A stretch of 64,000 nucleotides of DNA from Eledone cirrhosa (GCA_964016885.1 OZ024743.1:236282001-236346000); one strand, 5' to 3'; numbered from the stretch's first letter, positions 1 to 13,924 are shown. Made by a program: numbers and translations. The notes: a model not told the origin generated them from the letters alone.

Positions 1-3000
1 AGTTGATAGCTACTACTTTATAACAATATATTTACATCTGCTGGACAGTTGATAGCCACTACTTTATAACAATATATTTCCATATGCTGGACAGTTGATA
101 GCTACTACTTTATAACAATATATTTCCATCTGCTGGACAGTTGATAGCCACTAATTTATAACAATATATTTACATGTGCTGTACAGTTGATAGCCACTAC
201 TTTATAACAATATATTTCCATATGCTGGACAGTTGATAGCTACTACTTTATAACAATATATTTCCATCTGCTGGACAGTTGATAGCCACTACTTTATAAC
301 AATATATTTACATCTGCTGGACAGTTGATAGCTACTACTTTATAACAATATATTTACATCTGCTGGACAGTTGATAGCTACTACTTTATAACAATATATT
401 TCCATCTGCTGGACAGTTGATAACTACTACTTTATAACAATATATTTACATCTGCTGGACAGTTGATAGCTACTACTTCATAACAATATATTTACATCTG
501 CTGGACAGTTGATAGCTACTACTTTATAACAATATATTTTCATCTACTGGACAGTTGATAGCTACTACTTTATAACAATATATTTACATCTGCTGGACAG
601 TTGATAGCTACTAATTTATAACAATATATTTACATGTGCTGTACAGTTGATAGCCACACTTTATAACAATATATTTCCATATGCTGGACAGTTGATAGCT
701 ACTACTTTATAACAATATATTTCCATCTGCTGGACAGTTGATAGCCACTACTTTATAACAATATATTTACATCTGCTGGACAGTTGATAGCCACTACTTT
801 ATAACAATATATTTACATCTGCTGGACAGTTGATAGCTACTACTTTATAACAATATATTTCCATCTGCTGGACAGTTGATAACTACTACTTTATAACAAT
901 ATATTTACCTCTGCTGGACAGTTGATAGCTACTACTTTATAACAATATATTTCCATCTGCTGGACAGTTGATAGCTACTACTTTATAACAATATATTTCC
1001 ATCTGCTGGACAGTTGATAGCCACTACTTTAAAACAATATATTTCCATCTGCTGGACAGTTGATAACTCCTACTTTATAACAATATATTTACATCTGCTG
1101 GACAGTTGATAGCCACTACTTTATAACGATATATTTCCATCTGCTGGACAGTTGATAGCTACTCCTTTATAACAATACATTTCCATCTGCTGGACAGTTG
1201 ATAGCCATTACTTTATAACAATATATTTCCATCTGCTGGACAGTTGATAGCCACTACTTTAAAACAATATATTTCCATCTGCTGGACAGTTGATAGCCAC
1301 TACTTTAAAACAATATATTTCCATCTGCTGGACAGTTGATAGCTCCTACTTTATAACAATATATTTACATCTGCTGGACAGTTGATAGCTACTACTTTAT
1401 AACAATATATTTCCATCTGCTGGATAGTTGATAGCTACTACTTTATAACAATATATTTACATCTGCTGGACAGTTGATAGCTCCTACTTTATAACAATAT
1501 ATTTACATCTGCTGGACAGTTGATAGCTACTACTTTATAACAATATATTTCCATCTGCTGGACAGTTGATAGCTACTACTTCATAACAATATATTTACAT
1601 CTGCTGGACAGTTGATAGCTACTACTTTATAACAATATATTTACATCTACTGGACAGTTGATAGCTACTACTTTATAACAATATATTTACATCTGCTGGA
1701 CAGTTGATAGCTACTAATTTATAACAATATATTTACATGTGCTGTACAGTTGATAGCCACTACTTTATAACAATATATTTCCATATGCTGGACAGTTGAT
1801 AGCTACTACTTTATAACAATATATTTCCATCTGCTGGACAGTTGATAACTACTACTTTATAACAATATATTTACATCTGCTGGACAGTTGATAGCTACTA
1901 CTTTATAACAATATATTTCCATCTGCTGGACAGTTGATAGCTACTAATTTATAACAATATATTTACATCTGCTGGACAGTTGATAGCTACTACTTTATAA
2001 CAATATATTTACATCTGCTGGACAGTTGATAGCTACTACTTTATAACAATATATTTACATCTGCTGGACAGTTGATAGCCACTACTTTATAACAATATAT
2101 TTCCATCTGCTGGACAGTTGATAGCTACCCCTTTATAACAATATATTTCCATCTGCTGGACAGTTGATAGCCACTACTTTATAACAATATATTTCCATCT
2201 GCTGGACAGTTGATAGCCACTACTTTAAAACAATATATTTCCATCTGCTGGACAGTTGATAGCCACTACTTTAAAACAATATATTTCCATCTGCTGGACA
2301 GTTGATAGCTCCTACTTTATAACAATATATTTACATCTGCTGGACAGTTGATAGCCACTACTTTATAACAATATATTTCCATCTGCTGGACAGTTGATAG
2401 CTACTACGTTATAACAATATATTTCCATCTGCTGGACAGTTGATAGCCACTACTTTATAACAATATATTTCCATCTGCTGGACAGTTGATAGCCACTACT
2501 TTAAAACAATATATTTCCATCTGCTGGACAGTTGATAGCTCCTACTTTATAACAATATATTTACATCTGCTGGACAGTTGATAGCCACTACTTTATAACA
2601 ATATATTTCCATCTGCTGGACAGTTGATAGCTACTCCTTTATAACAATATATTTCCATCTGCTGGACAGTTGATAGCCATTACTTTATAACAATATATTT
2701 CCATCTGCTGGACAGTTGATAGCCACTACTTTAAAACAATATATTTCCATCTGCTGGACAGTTGATAGCCACTACTTTAAAACAATATATTTCCATCTGC
2801 TGGACAGTTGATAGCTCCTACTTTATAACAATATATTTACATCTGCTGGACAGTTGATAGCTACTACTTTATAACAATATATTTCCATCTGCTGGACAGT
2901 TGATAGCTACTACTTTATAACAATATATTTACATCTGCTGGACAGTTGATAGCTCCTACTTTATAACAATATATTTACATCTGCTGGACAGTTGATAGCT

Positions 3001-6000
3001 ACTACTTTATAACAATATATTTACATCTGCTGGACAGTTGATAGCTACTACTTCATAACAATATATTTACATCTACTGGACAGTTGATAGCTACTACTTT
3101 ATAACAATATATTTACATCTGCTGGACAGTTGATAGCTACTAATTTATAACAATATATTTACATGTGCTGTACAGTTGATAGCCACTACTTTATAACAAT
3201 ATATTTCCATATGCTGGACAGTTGATAGCTACTACTTTATAACAATATATTTCCATCTGCTGGACAGTTGATAGCCACTACTTTATAACAATATATTTAC
3301 ATCTGCTGGACAGTTGATAGCTACTACTTTATAACAATATATTTAAATCTGCTGGACAGTTGATAGCTACTACTTTATAACAATATATTTCCATCTGCTG
3401 GACAGTTGATAACTACTACTTTATAACAATATATTTACATCTGCTGGACAGTTGATAGCTACTACTTCATAACAATATATTTACATCTGCTGGACAGTTG
3501 ATAGCTACTACTTTATAACAATATATTTTCATCTACTGGACAGTTGATAGCTACTACTTTATAACAATATATTTACATCTGCTGGACAGTTGATAGCTAC
3601 TAATTTATAACAATATATTTACATGTGCTGTACAGTTGATAGCCACACTTTATAACAATATATTTCCATATGCTGGACAGTTGATAGCTACTACTTTATA
3701 ACAATATATTTCCATCTGCTGGACAGTTGATAGCCACTACTTTATAACAATATATTTACATCTGCTGGACAGTTGATAGCCACTACTTTATAACAATATA
3801 TTTACATCTGCTGGACAGTTGATAGCTACTACTTTATACCAATATATTTCCATCTGCTGGACAGTTGATAACTACTACTTTATAACAATATATTTACCTC
3901 TGCTGGACAGTTGATAGCTACTACTTTATAACAATATATTTCCATCTGCTGGACAGTTGATAGCTACTACTTTATAACAATATATTTCCATCTGCTGGAC
4001 AGTTGATAGCCACTACTTTAAAACAATATATTTCCATCTGCTGGACAGTTGATAACTCCTACTTTATAACAATATATTTACATCTGCTGGTCAGTTGATA
4101 GCCACTACTTTATAACAATATATTTCCATCTGCTGGACAGTTGATAGCTACTCCTTTATAACAATACATTTCCATCTGCTGGACAGTTGATAGCCATTAC
4201 TTTATAACAATATATTTCCATCTGCTGGACAGTTGATAGCCACTACTTTAAAACAATATATTTCCATCTGCTGGACAGTTGATAGCCACTACTTTAAAAC
4301 AATATATTTCCATCTGCTGGACAGTTGATAGCTCCTACTTTATAACAATATATTTACATCTGCTGGACAGTTGATAGCTACTACTTTATAACAATATATT
4401 TCCATCTGCTGGATAGTTGATAGCTACTACTTTATAACAATATATTTACATCTGCTGGACAGTTGATAGCTCCTACTTTATAACAATATATTTACATCTG
4501 CTGGACAGTTGATAGCTACTACTTTATAACAATATATTTCCATCTGCTGGACAGTTGATAGCTACTACTTCATAACAATATATTTACATCTGCTGGACAG
4601 TTGATAGCTACTACTTTATAACAATATATTTACATCTACTGGACAGTTGATAGCTACTATATATAACAATATATTTACATCTGCTGGACAGTTGATAGCT
4701 ACTAATTTATAACAATATATTTACATGTGCTGTACAGTTGATAGCCACTACTTTATAACAATATATTTCCATATGCTGGACAGTTGATAGCTACTACTTT
4801 ATAACAATATATTTCCATCTGCTGGACAGTTGATAGCCACTACTTTATAACAATATATTTACATCTGCTGGACAGTTGATAGCCACTACTTTATAACAAT
4901 ATATTTCCATCTGCTGGACAGTTTATAGCTACTACTTTATAACAATATATTTCCATCTGCTGGACAGTTGATAACTACTACTTTATAACAATATATTTAC
5001 ATCTGCTGGACAGTTGATAGCTACTACTTTATAACAATATATTTCCATCTGCTGGACAGTTGATAGCTACTACTTTATAACAATATATTTCCATCTGCTG
5101 GACAGTTGATAGCTACTACTTTATAACAATATATTTCCATCTGCTGGACAGTTGATAGCTACTACTTTATAACAATATATTTCCATCTGCTGGACAGTTG
5201 ATAGCTACTACTTTATAACAATATATTTACATATGCTGGACAGTTGATAGCTACTACTTTATAACAATATATTTACATCTGCTGGACAGTTGATAGCTAC
5301 TACTTTATAACAATATATTTACATCTGCTGGACAGTTGATAGCCACTACTTTATAACAATATATTTTCATCTGCTGGACAGTTGATAGCTACTACTTTAT
5401 AACAATATATTTACATCTGCTGGACAGTTGATAGCTACTATTTTATAACAATATATTTCCATCTGCTGGACAGTTGATAGCTACTACTTTATAACAATAT
5501 ATTTACCTCTGCTGGACAGTTGATAGCTACTACTTTATAACAATATATTTACATCTGCTGGACAGTTGATAGCTACTACTTTAAAGCAATATATCTACAT
5601 CTGCTGGACAGTTGATAGCCACTACTTTATAACAATATATTTCCATCTGCTGGATAGTTGATAGCCACTACTTTATAACAATATATTTACATCTGCTGGA
5701 CAGTTGATAGCCACTACTTTATAACAATATATTTACATCTGCTGGACAGTTGATAGCTACTACTTTATAACAATATATTTCCATCTGCTGGACAGTTGAT
5801 AGCTCCTACTTTATAACAATATATTTCCATCTGCTGGACAGTTGATAGCTACTACTTTATAACAATATATTTCCATCTGCTGGACAGTTGATAGCTACTA
5901 CTTTATAACAATATATTTCCATCTGCTGGACAGTTGATAGCTACTACTTTATAACAATATATTTACATCTGCTGGACAGTTGATAGCTACTACTTTATAA

Positions 6001-7419
6001 CAATATATTTCCATCTGCTGGACAGTTGATAGCTACTACTTCATAACAATATATTTCCATCTGCTGGACAGTTGATAGCTACTACTTTATAACAATATAT
6101 TTACATCTGCTGGACAGTTGATAGCTACTACTTTATAACAATATATTTACATCTGCTGGACAGTTGATAGCCACTACTTTATAACAATATATTTCCATCT
6201 GCTGGACAGTTGATAGCTACTACTTTATAACAATATATTTCCATCTGCTGGACAGTTGATAGCCACTACTTTATAACAATATATTTACATCTGCTGGACA
6301 GTTGATAGCTACTACTTTATAACAATATATTTACATCTGCTGGACAGTTGATAGCCACTACATTATAACAATATATTTACATCTGCTGGACAGTTGATAG
6401 CCACTACTTTATAACAATATATTTACATCTGCTGGACAGTTGATAGCTACTACTTTATAACAATATATTTACATTTGCTGGACAGTTGATAGCTACTACT
6501 TTATAACAATATATTTCCATCTGCTGGACAGTTGATAGCTACTACTTTATAACAATATATTTACATCTGCTGGACAGTTGATAGCTACTACTTTATAACA
6601 ATATATTTATTTCTGCTGGGCAGTTGATAGCTACTACTTTATAACAATATATTTACATCTGCTGGACAGTTGATAGCCACTACTTTATAACAATATATTT
6701 CCATCTGCTGGACAGTTGATAGCTACTACTTTATAACAATATATTTCCATCTGCTGGACAGTTGATAGCCACTACTTTATAACAATATATTTACATCTGC
6801 TGGACAGTTGATAGCGACTACTTTATAACAATATATTTACATCTGCTGGACAGTTGATAGCTACTACTTTATAACAATATATTTACATCTGCTGGACAGT
6901 TGATAGCCACTACTTTATAACAATATATTTCCATCTGCTGGACAGTTGATAGCTACTACTTTATAACAATATATTTCCATCTGCTGGAAGTTGATAGCCA
7001 CTACTTTAAAACAATATATTTCCATCTGCTGGACAGTTGATAGCCACTACTTTATAACAATATATTTACATCTGCTGGACAGTTGATAGCTACTACTTTA
7101 AAACAATATATTTCCATCTGCTGGACAGTTGATAGCCACTACTTTATAACAATATATTTACATCTGCTGGACAGTTGATAGCTACTACTTTATAACAATA
7201 TATTTACATCTGCTGGACAGTTGATAGCTACTACTTTATAACAATATATTTCCATCTGCTGGACAGTTGATAGCCACTACTTTAAAACAATATATTTCCA
7301 TCTGCTGGACAGTTGATAGCCACTACTTTATAACAATATATTTACATCTGCTGGACAGTTGATAGCTACTACTTTATAATAATATATTTACATCTGCTGG
7401 ACAGTTGATAGCCACTACT
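1..7419. repeat. 46-bp tandem satellite, about 161 monomers, open at the left edge
   Basis: Unit agttgatagc(t/c)actactttataacaatatattt(a/c)catctgctggac repeats with period 46 (position 1, 47, ...). Near-identical copies, non-coding. Confidence 0.98.
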
Positions 7420-7525
7420 GTTTCTGCCCTTTCTTTCCTCTGTCTAATCTTATGTCTTATCTTATGTTTGCAGTTTATTGAGGTTTTCAATGGAAAATTC
7501 CGCCAGCGCTCTTTCATATTAAGCG

Positions 7526-8012
<487 letters not shown>

Positions 8013-8096
8013 GTAGTGTTATTTGAAGGCTACAACAATGCAAAATGGACGGTAGAAATTGGAATAAATGGATATATCTTCGTTCTTCATGTCATA

Positions 8097-8143
<47 letters not shown>

Positions 8144-8149
8144 ACGCGC

Positions 8150-8189
<40 letters not shown>

Positions 8190-8191
<2 letters not shown>

Positions 8192-8547
8192 CGTGTGGTA
8201 AGGAACCAGGTGGACCATAACGCACCAGAGTACTCGATACTTTGGGTAGTAGAGTGGGTAATAGGAACAGTTGCAGGACCCCGACGGCAGAGCTCAAGCC
8301 GTTTCGACGTCTATTTCTGGACTAAATTACATTTTTAGCGTGGTAATGATATAGCCGAACTTTTCAAGGGGTAATTCCATATATGGGCATGTGATAATTA
8401 TACATTTCTGAAGGTTGTAGTTGTCAAAAGGATTGGTCGAAGTTTCTTGTAAACACAGTTAAATCTTTCATGGCGGTGGGTCTGCTGAGGATCTGCTGAG
8501 GTGAAACAATTGTTCTTGGTATGGTGAACTAACTGTTGTGTAACCAC

Positions 8548-8548
<1 letters not shown>
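8190..8548 (-). mobile_element. Penelope-like non-autonomous fragment (family shared with 7725 and 10317)
   Basis: Aligns with 10317-10510. Minus strand has an HHR-like layout: ccccTTGAAAAg-stem-cGAAACggctt. Flanked by (TA)n. Confidence 0.55.
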
Positions 8549-8646
<98 letters not shown>

Positions 8647-8752
8647 CCTTATCGAGCTCTCTTTGGATTTTAGTCTTCGCATTTATTATTATTACTATAT
8701 ATATATATATATATATACACACACATTCATATATATATCGACAGTCCATCAA

Positions 8753-8840
8753 CTTTCGTCAAATCGGACCGAAGAAACAATGTTTCCAATGGTCTTACCA
8801 ATTGCTAATACTATCTATCGCAACTCCAGGTAGAAGGACC
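8753..8840 (+). mobile_element. Short dispersed repeat, probably a LINE 3' coding remnant
   Basis: Reverse-complement copies at about 13695-13790 and 51770-51935 (twice). Translation [20 protein letters not shown] loosely resembles CR1/L2-group ORF2 C-termini. Confidence 0.4.
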
Positions 8841-9023
8841 AACGTAAAATAAAGTGTATTCCTCCTTTAAAGACACACCCCTTCAAATCCCATCACCCAC
8901 GGCACCAGTCACCCTCCATAGCCAACTCCACCCTCAATATTCACCTCTACCCATTAACTATATACATTTCAAAATACCCACAATGCTAATTGCCCACCTG
9001 TTATCTTTTTGTTTTATCTCTTT

Positions 9024-9650
9024 ATTTCATCTCACCTCACCTTATTACACTGTCACCTCCTTTCATCTCATCCCACCTCACTACCATGTCACCTCCTTTC
9101 CTTTCACCTCACCCCACCTTATTACACTGTCACCTCCTTTCCCTTTCACCTCACCCCACCTTATTACACTGTCACCTCCTTTCATCTCATCCCACCTTAC
9201 TACAATGTCACCTCCTTTCCTTTCACCTCATCCCACCTTACTACAATGTCACCTCCTTTCCTTTCACCTCACCCCACCTTATTACACTGTCACCTCCTTT
9301 CCTTTCACCTCACCCCACCTTACTACAATGTCACCTCCTTTCCTTTCACCTCACCCCACCTTATTACACTGTCACCTCCTTTCATCTCATCCCACCTTAC
9401 TACAATGTCACCTCCTTTCCTTTCACCTCACCCCACCTTATTACACTGTCACCTCCTTTCCTTTCACCTCACCCCATCTTATTACACTGTCACCTCCTTT
9501 CCTTTCACCTCACCCCACCTTATTACACTGTCACCTTCTTTCCTTTCACCTCACCCCACCTTATTACACTGTCACCTCCTTTCCTTTCACCTCATCCAAC
9601 CTTATTACACTGTCACCTCCTTTCATCTCATCTCACCTTACTACCATGTC
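9024..9650. repeat. Pyrimidine-rich minisatellite (units of about 36-41 bp)
   Basis: tcacctcaccccaccttattacactgtcacctcctttcctt repeated; produces the spurious 269-295 aa ORFs. Confidence 0.95.
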
Positions 9651-9903
9651 CAGTTACTTATGACCTCACTGAACACTTCCTATCTTTACTTTCAACTCTA
9701 CCTGTATCTTTATTATTGTTATTACTTTTATTTTTATTCCTATCTTTATCTTATTGTCTTTTCATCCCACATGTTATTGTTGTTATTATTACTATGTTTC
9801 CATGCCATTATCCCAACATCCTCCTCACTATACTTTCCGTCTTCTTAATATTCTTGTTATTTTTCATGGAACTATAAATACTAACACACTGAATCACCAA
9901 ATT

Positions 9904-10010
9904 AGTATTTTGAGAATTTAGGTGTCAACTGTAATTAAAATCGAGTGCCGCGGCATGCGGCGGATAGCGGTCTTTAGACACACCGGACTGATGAAACATA
10001 TGTTAATACT
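9904..10010 (+). ncRNA. Degenerate type-I hammerhead ribozyme
   Basis: Stem I AGTATT/AATACT; GAA followed by palindromic stem III ACATATGT; GUU cleavage triplet (10004). Core reads TTGAGAA rather than CTGANGA. Confidence 0.5.
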
Positions 10011-10093
10011 TGGAATAAACACTACTGTATAGCCGATCCGTGTTATTCTCCACTCATTTATATATAGCTTGCAACCTTATGGTGTGGAAATAG

Positions 10094-10174
10094 GCTGTCT
10101 GAAGATTCATTTCTTTCCATTGGTAATTCTCTGGATTTCCAATCTTTTGGAATGATGAAACCGTCGGTAACAGC
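10094..10174 (+). ncRNA. Type-I hammerhead ribozyme with intact core
   Basis: Stem I GCTGT/ACAGC; CTGAAGA at 10099; stem II base TCATT/AATGA; GAA-ACCGTCGGT (palindromic stem III); GUA cleavage after 10169. Confidence 0.85.
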
Positions 10175-10258
10175 AACAGAACAGGTGATTATTTAAATCG
10201 TTTTTTAATTTATTTAGAGAATTGTTTGATAACCGCTTGCTCCGCAACTTTTTATATC

Positions 10259-10307
<49 letters not shown>

Positions 10308-10316
10308 AGAAAGTAT

Positions 10317-10930
10317 GACCCCGACGGCAGAGCTCAAGCCGTTCCGACGGCTATTTCTGGACTAAAGTAAGAGTTTTTTTAGTCTGGTAAATAAATAGCC
10401 GAACTTTTCAAGGGGTACTTTCTTATATGGGAAGATTGTAGTTGTCAAGAGGATTGGTCAAAATTTGTAGCAGACACAGAAAAGTCTATCATGGCAGTGG
10501 GTGCGGGTAGGGGAGGCTGAACTTGCCTGTAGAACAATAGGGGAGTGGGTAGTGCCGGCCAAGCGTTGAAGGTGAAATCTACACGGCAAATTCTAAGGAA
10601 TGTGTATGAAAGTATGCCAGGGGAGGTAGGCGAAAAAAGGTTTCTTTAGAAAATGGAGGAGGGACGTTATAGAAAAGGTAAATCAAATGAGAATTAGGAG
10701 ACAAAGAAAAAATATAATAAAAAAGAATATAATAAAAATTGAGAGACAGATATATCAGAATGTAAGATTGGAAAGTGAGAAGTGAAATAAAACAAAATCT
10801 AAGGAGTCTAAGACAGCTGCTATATTTAGTTGGTGCTGCTTTTTCGGCCAATGCTATAGAATGGGTTGCTAGATGAGAATTATTGAACATTTAGAATTGG
10901 GTATTAAAAATTAATACCACATCTCTCGGG
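10317..10930 (-). mobile_element. Degenerate, internally deleted Penelope-like element
   Basis: Minus-strand remnants MFNNSHLATHSIALAEKAAPT (cf. PLE RT FxFNxxxYxQxxGxAMGxxxAP), FSKETFFRLPPLAYF (cf. IFxxPPxxAYRR) and a Cys-linker-like CHDRLFCVC, followed by a pLTR with a long hairpin. Confidence 0.5.
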
Positions 10931-11194
10931 TCTAACACATCTGCTATGATTAGTTAGTATAGCATAATCGGCGAATGCTATCTGTAAATTACTGGGGTGG
11001 GGGTACTGAGGCTAAAGAGGCCCGATGGGCTGCCTCGGGGTAGGCGAAAGGGGAAAAAAAAACAAGAACAAAAAAAACAAAAAGAAACAGAGGAACGAAC
11101 GAGGAAGAAGTTCGATGGTGGAAAGAAGTGATAGGAGGAGACAAAGGGAAGAACAAAACATATATATATATATGTATGTAAACATATATATATA

Positions 11195-11346
11195 TATATG
11201 TATATAAAAGGTAAACAGAAATAACAACACAATCGATACAGTATATGGAAGGGATATATTAGGTTAACGCTTGATATAGCAGGAAGAGGGTCTTGACGTT
11301 TCGGACGCTAGTCCTTCATCGTTTCCGACGCTAGTCCTTCATAAGG
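11195..11346 (-). mobile_element. HHR-bearing pLTR family A copy, core disrupted by a short tandem duplication
   Basis: Reverse complement reads atgaaggactagcgtcggaaac-gatgaaggactagcgtccgaaacgtcaaga. Homologous to 31552-31670 and 41702-41800. Confidence 0.75.
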
Positions 11347-11396
11347 AAAAATCGATGACCTGTAACTGAATGAATTGATAAATGAGAATCACTGAC

Positions 11397-11803
11397 GGTG
11401 CTGTTGTTGTTGTTGTTGGTGGTGGTAGTGGTGGTAGTGGTGGTGGTAGTGGTGTTGTTGGCGTTGGTGTTGTTGTTTTTGTTGTTGTTGTTGTTGTTGG
11501 TGGTGGTGTTGGTGGTGGTGGTGGTGGTGGTGTTGGTGGTCTTGTTGTTGTTGTTTCTACTGTTGTTGCTATTGCTATTGTTGTTGTTATTGATGTTGTT
11601 GATACTGTTGTTATTGCTGTTGTTGTTGCCATTGTTGCTGTTATTGTTATTGTTGTTGCTGTTATTGTTATTGTTGTTGCTGTTGTTGTTGTTGCTATTG
11701 TTGTTGCTGTTGTTGTTGTTGTTGCTATTGTTGTTGCTGTTGTTGTTGTTGCTATTGTTGTTGCTGTTGTCGTTGTTGCTATTGTTGTTGCTGTTGTTGT
11801 TGT
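11397..11803. repeat. (GTT)n/(GGT)n trinucleotide tract
   Basis: Direct inspection; gives the poly-V/L/T ORFs. Confidence 0.95.
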
Positions 11804-12385
11804 TTCTTCTATAGAAAACTGTCCAAGGCCGCCATGAGACATTTCTTAAGCTATATTGTCCATAAGATATAGAAATAACAATATTATGTAGATTAAGACA
11901 TCAAATTGTAGAAGAATATCAAATTTTATTTCTCTGGAGCCAACTTCACCGCTTCAATCACAAACCCAGGCACCGCCACCATCACCACCACCACCATCAC
12001 CAACACCACCACCACCACCACCATCATCACCAACACCACTACCACGACCATCACCATCACCACACCACCACCACTCTATGTACTAGTATCTATATGACGG
12101 ACGAAATCAAGGAGATGCCTCACCACGACCACAGCCTAATGACTGAAACATAAAAAGATTTAATGAAGTCTAATATCTCATTTAATATCTCTAAATACTT
12201 CTAATCATTCTGTTCTCAGGATATCCAATAAAATAATAATAATAATAAAATCAACTCCATTTTCTATGTGAAGGACGGTGCAGGTTAAATTTATCACACC
12301 AAGACATTTTCAACGATTAATGGATGTTACCGTTAGCGGTTTTAATTCTTTTAAACTCTCCGAAATATTCTTCACGTCAAATCAG

Positions 12386-12706
12386 TTAAAATGCTCCAAA
12401 CAGCAAAGTGCTGGTATTAAATTGCTTAATTCGTTGAATAATTTCAATTAAAATTAGAAAATAAAATAGAAATGCTAAGGACGATATATAGGATATCAAT
12501 ATTATATTGATATTAATGAGACAGAGAATATTTTCCCTGTTGGCAAATTTTGTTTTCAAATAAGTTCTTTGTCTGTTTATGGGTTCTTCTTCACAGTGAA
12601 TCGAAGGTGATTTAAACATTTTAATTTTAATTACAGGAATATTATAATGACCAGAAAAGTCTTCTACATCATCAGACCAGACATATCTGTTTTCCTCATT
12701 AAATAT
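12386..12706 (-). CDS. Candidate terminal coding exon of an unknown host gene (106 aa, C-terminal hydrophobic segment)
   Basis: Acceptor-like ttttcag followed by a phase-0 open frame IFNEENRYVWSDDVEDFSGHYNIPVIKIKMFKSP...FGAF* in non-repetitive AT-rich DNA. No recognisable homology. Confidence 0.25.
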   Translation of the reverse strand: MFNEENRYVWSDDVEDFSGHYNIPVIKIKMFKSPSIHCEEEPINRQRTYLKTKFANRENILCLININIILISYISSLAFLFYFLILIEIIQRIKQFNTSTLLFGAF

Positions 12707-12757
12707 CTGAAAATTGGTTTTCGTTCTTTTTAATAATTTATTTTATTGGCTTCAGTA

Positions 12758-13136
12758 CAGACCTGCCAACCTCTAAAAACCTAAACGGCGAGTACCATGA
12801 AAAAAAGTGCCCCAAAACGGGGAGAAATGAGGCAAAATGGGGTGATTTTACATAATTGTTTCTACTTTTGGCACAGGGCCATCAAATACCCAGTACATTA
12901 CTGGTACTTTATTTTATCGACCTCGTAAGGATGAAAGGCAAAGTCAACCTCGGCGGGATTTGAACTCAGACCGCAAAGGGACGTAACTATGCTGGAAAGC
13001 ATGGCGTCCGACTCTCTACCGATACTGCCAACCCACTGCTGAAAGCTATACTCATTTTCTCAAGAGAAGACAACTCCCACCCACCCCCAAATGGGTGGGA
13101 GATCTCCCTGTCGGACGGGGAGAGTTGACTGGTCTG
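12758..13136. mobile_element. MITE (TIR cagacctgccaac) carrying a nested Nin-domain SINE
   Basis: Termini cagacctgccaac / gttgactggtctg. SINE at about 12855-13040 (minus). An inverted second copy lies at 52280-52651. Confidence 0.7.
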
Positions 13137-13580
13137 TCATTAGATGAAAGGGGGCTTTCCCATTGGTTTTGTAGATCCAGCAGGACCATCACCACGGGTA
13201 ATATTTCTCTTGAATAGCTGCAAATATACCATGAACATTCTTGATTCCGTTCTGTGCTGTATTTCACATCAGTTCTTGGACAGTTTCCGATCAATCTTTA
13301 TATACCTAATATTATTCGACATTCATGAAAGCAGGTGATCTGTGGTTAGGGCGTTCAGTTCACAATCGTAAGCTGAATTTTTCGCAAGCTTAACAATTTT
13401 TTAATGTGAAGAGAGCATGAAATATTAAAACCTAGGTTCGTCAGCTTACCAAACTGTAAGTTAGAATTATATTATTTGGGAGAATGGAACGTACATTGTA
13501 GGGCGCTAAATAATTAGGCACATTCTGGGAAAAGAGGTGCATATTTTAGGGCTAGCATATGATTGGTAGCGTGCTTTTGA

Positions 13581-13697
13581 AGGCGCGTGGCTGAGTGGTA
13601 AGAGAATTGGATTCGCAATCGTGAGGTTGTGATTTCGATTCCTGGAACGAGTGATGCGTTATGTCCTTGAGCAAGACACTTTATTTCACGTTGCTCC
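13581..13697 (+). mobile_element. tRNA-derived CORE-type SINE, 3'-truncated
   Basis: A box (tggctgagtggt), B-box-like ttcgattcc, CORE-like gtccttgagcaagacacttt. Confidence 0.7.
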
Positions 13698-13924
13698 TTC
13701 TACCTGGAGTTGCGACCGATATATAGTATTAGCAATTGGAAAGACCCATGGAAACATTGTTTCCTCGATCCGATTTGACGAAAGTCGATCGATTGACGAT
13801 AGGGTACTAAATACTCAAGCTCATAATAGGGAGAAGTGGACGTACATTGTAGGGCTAGTTTAGTGCACAAAATACCCAGGGATGCCTCTGCATATAATAG
13901 CCCCTTATCTTTCTCTCTCTAAAC

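Noticed and set aside
1-7419. CRISPR-like array
   Set aside because: Contiguous monomers with no unique spacers, no cas genes, and a eukaryotic context. The same applies to the 61-, 47- and 123-bp arrays.
8486-8520. Plus-strand HHR-like CTGAGGA...GAAACAATTGTT
   Set aside because: Core and palindromic stem III are present, but no stem I can form and it lies antisense to the host element.
8854-9877. Three overlapping 269-295 aa ORFs
   Set aside because: All three frames are open because of a C/T-rich minisatellite; no domain.
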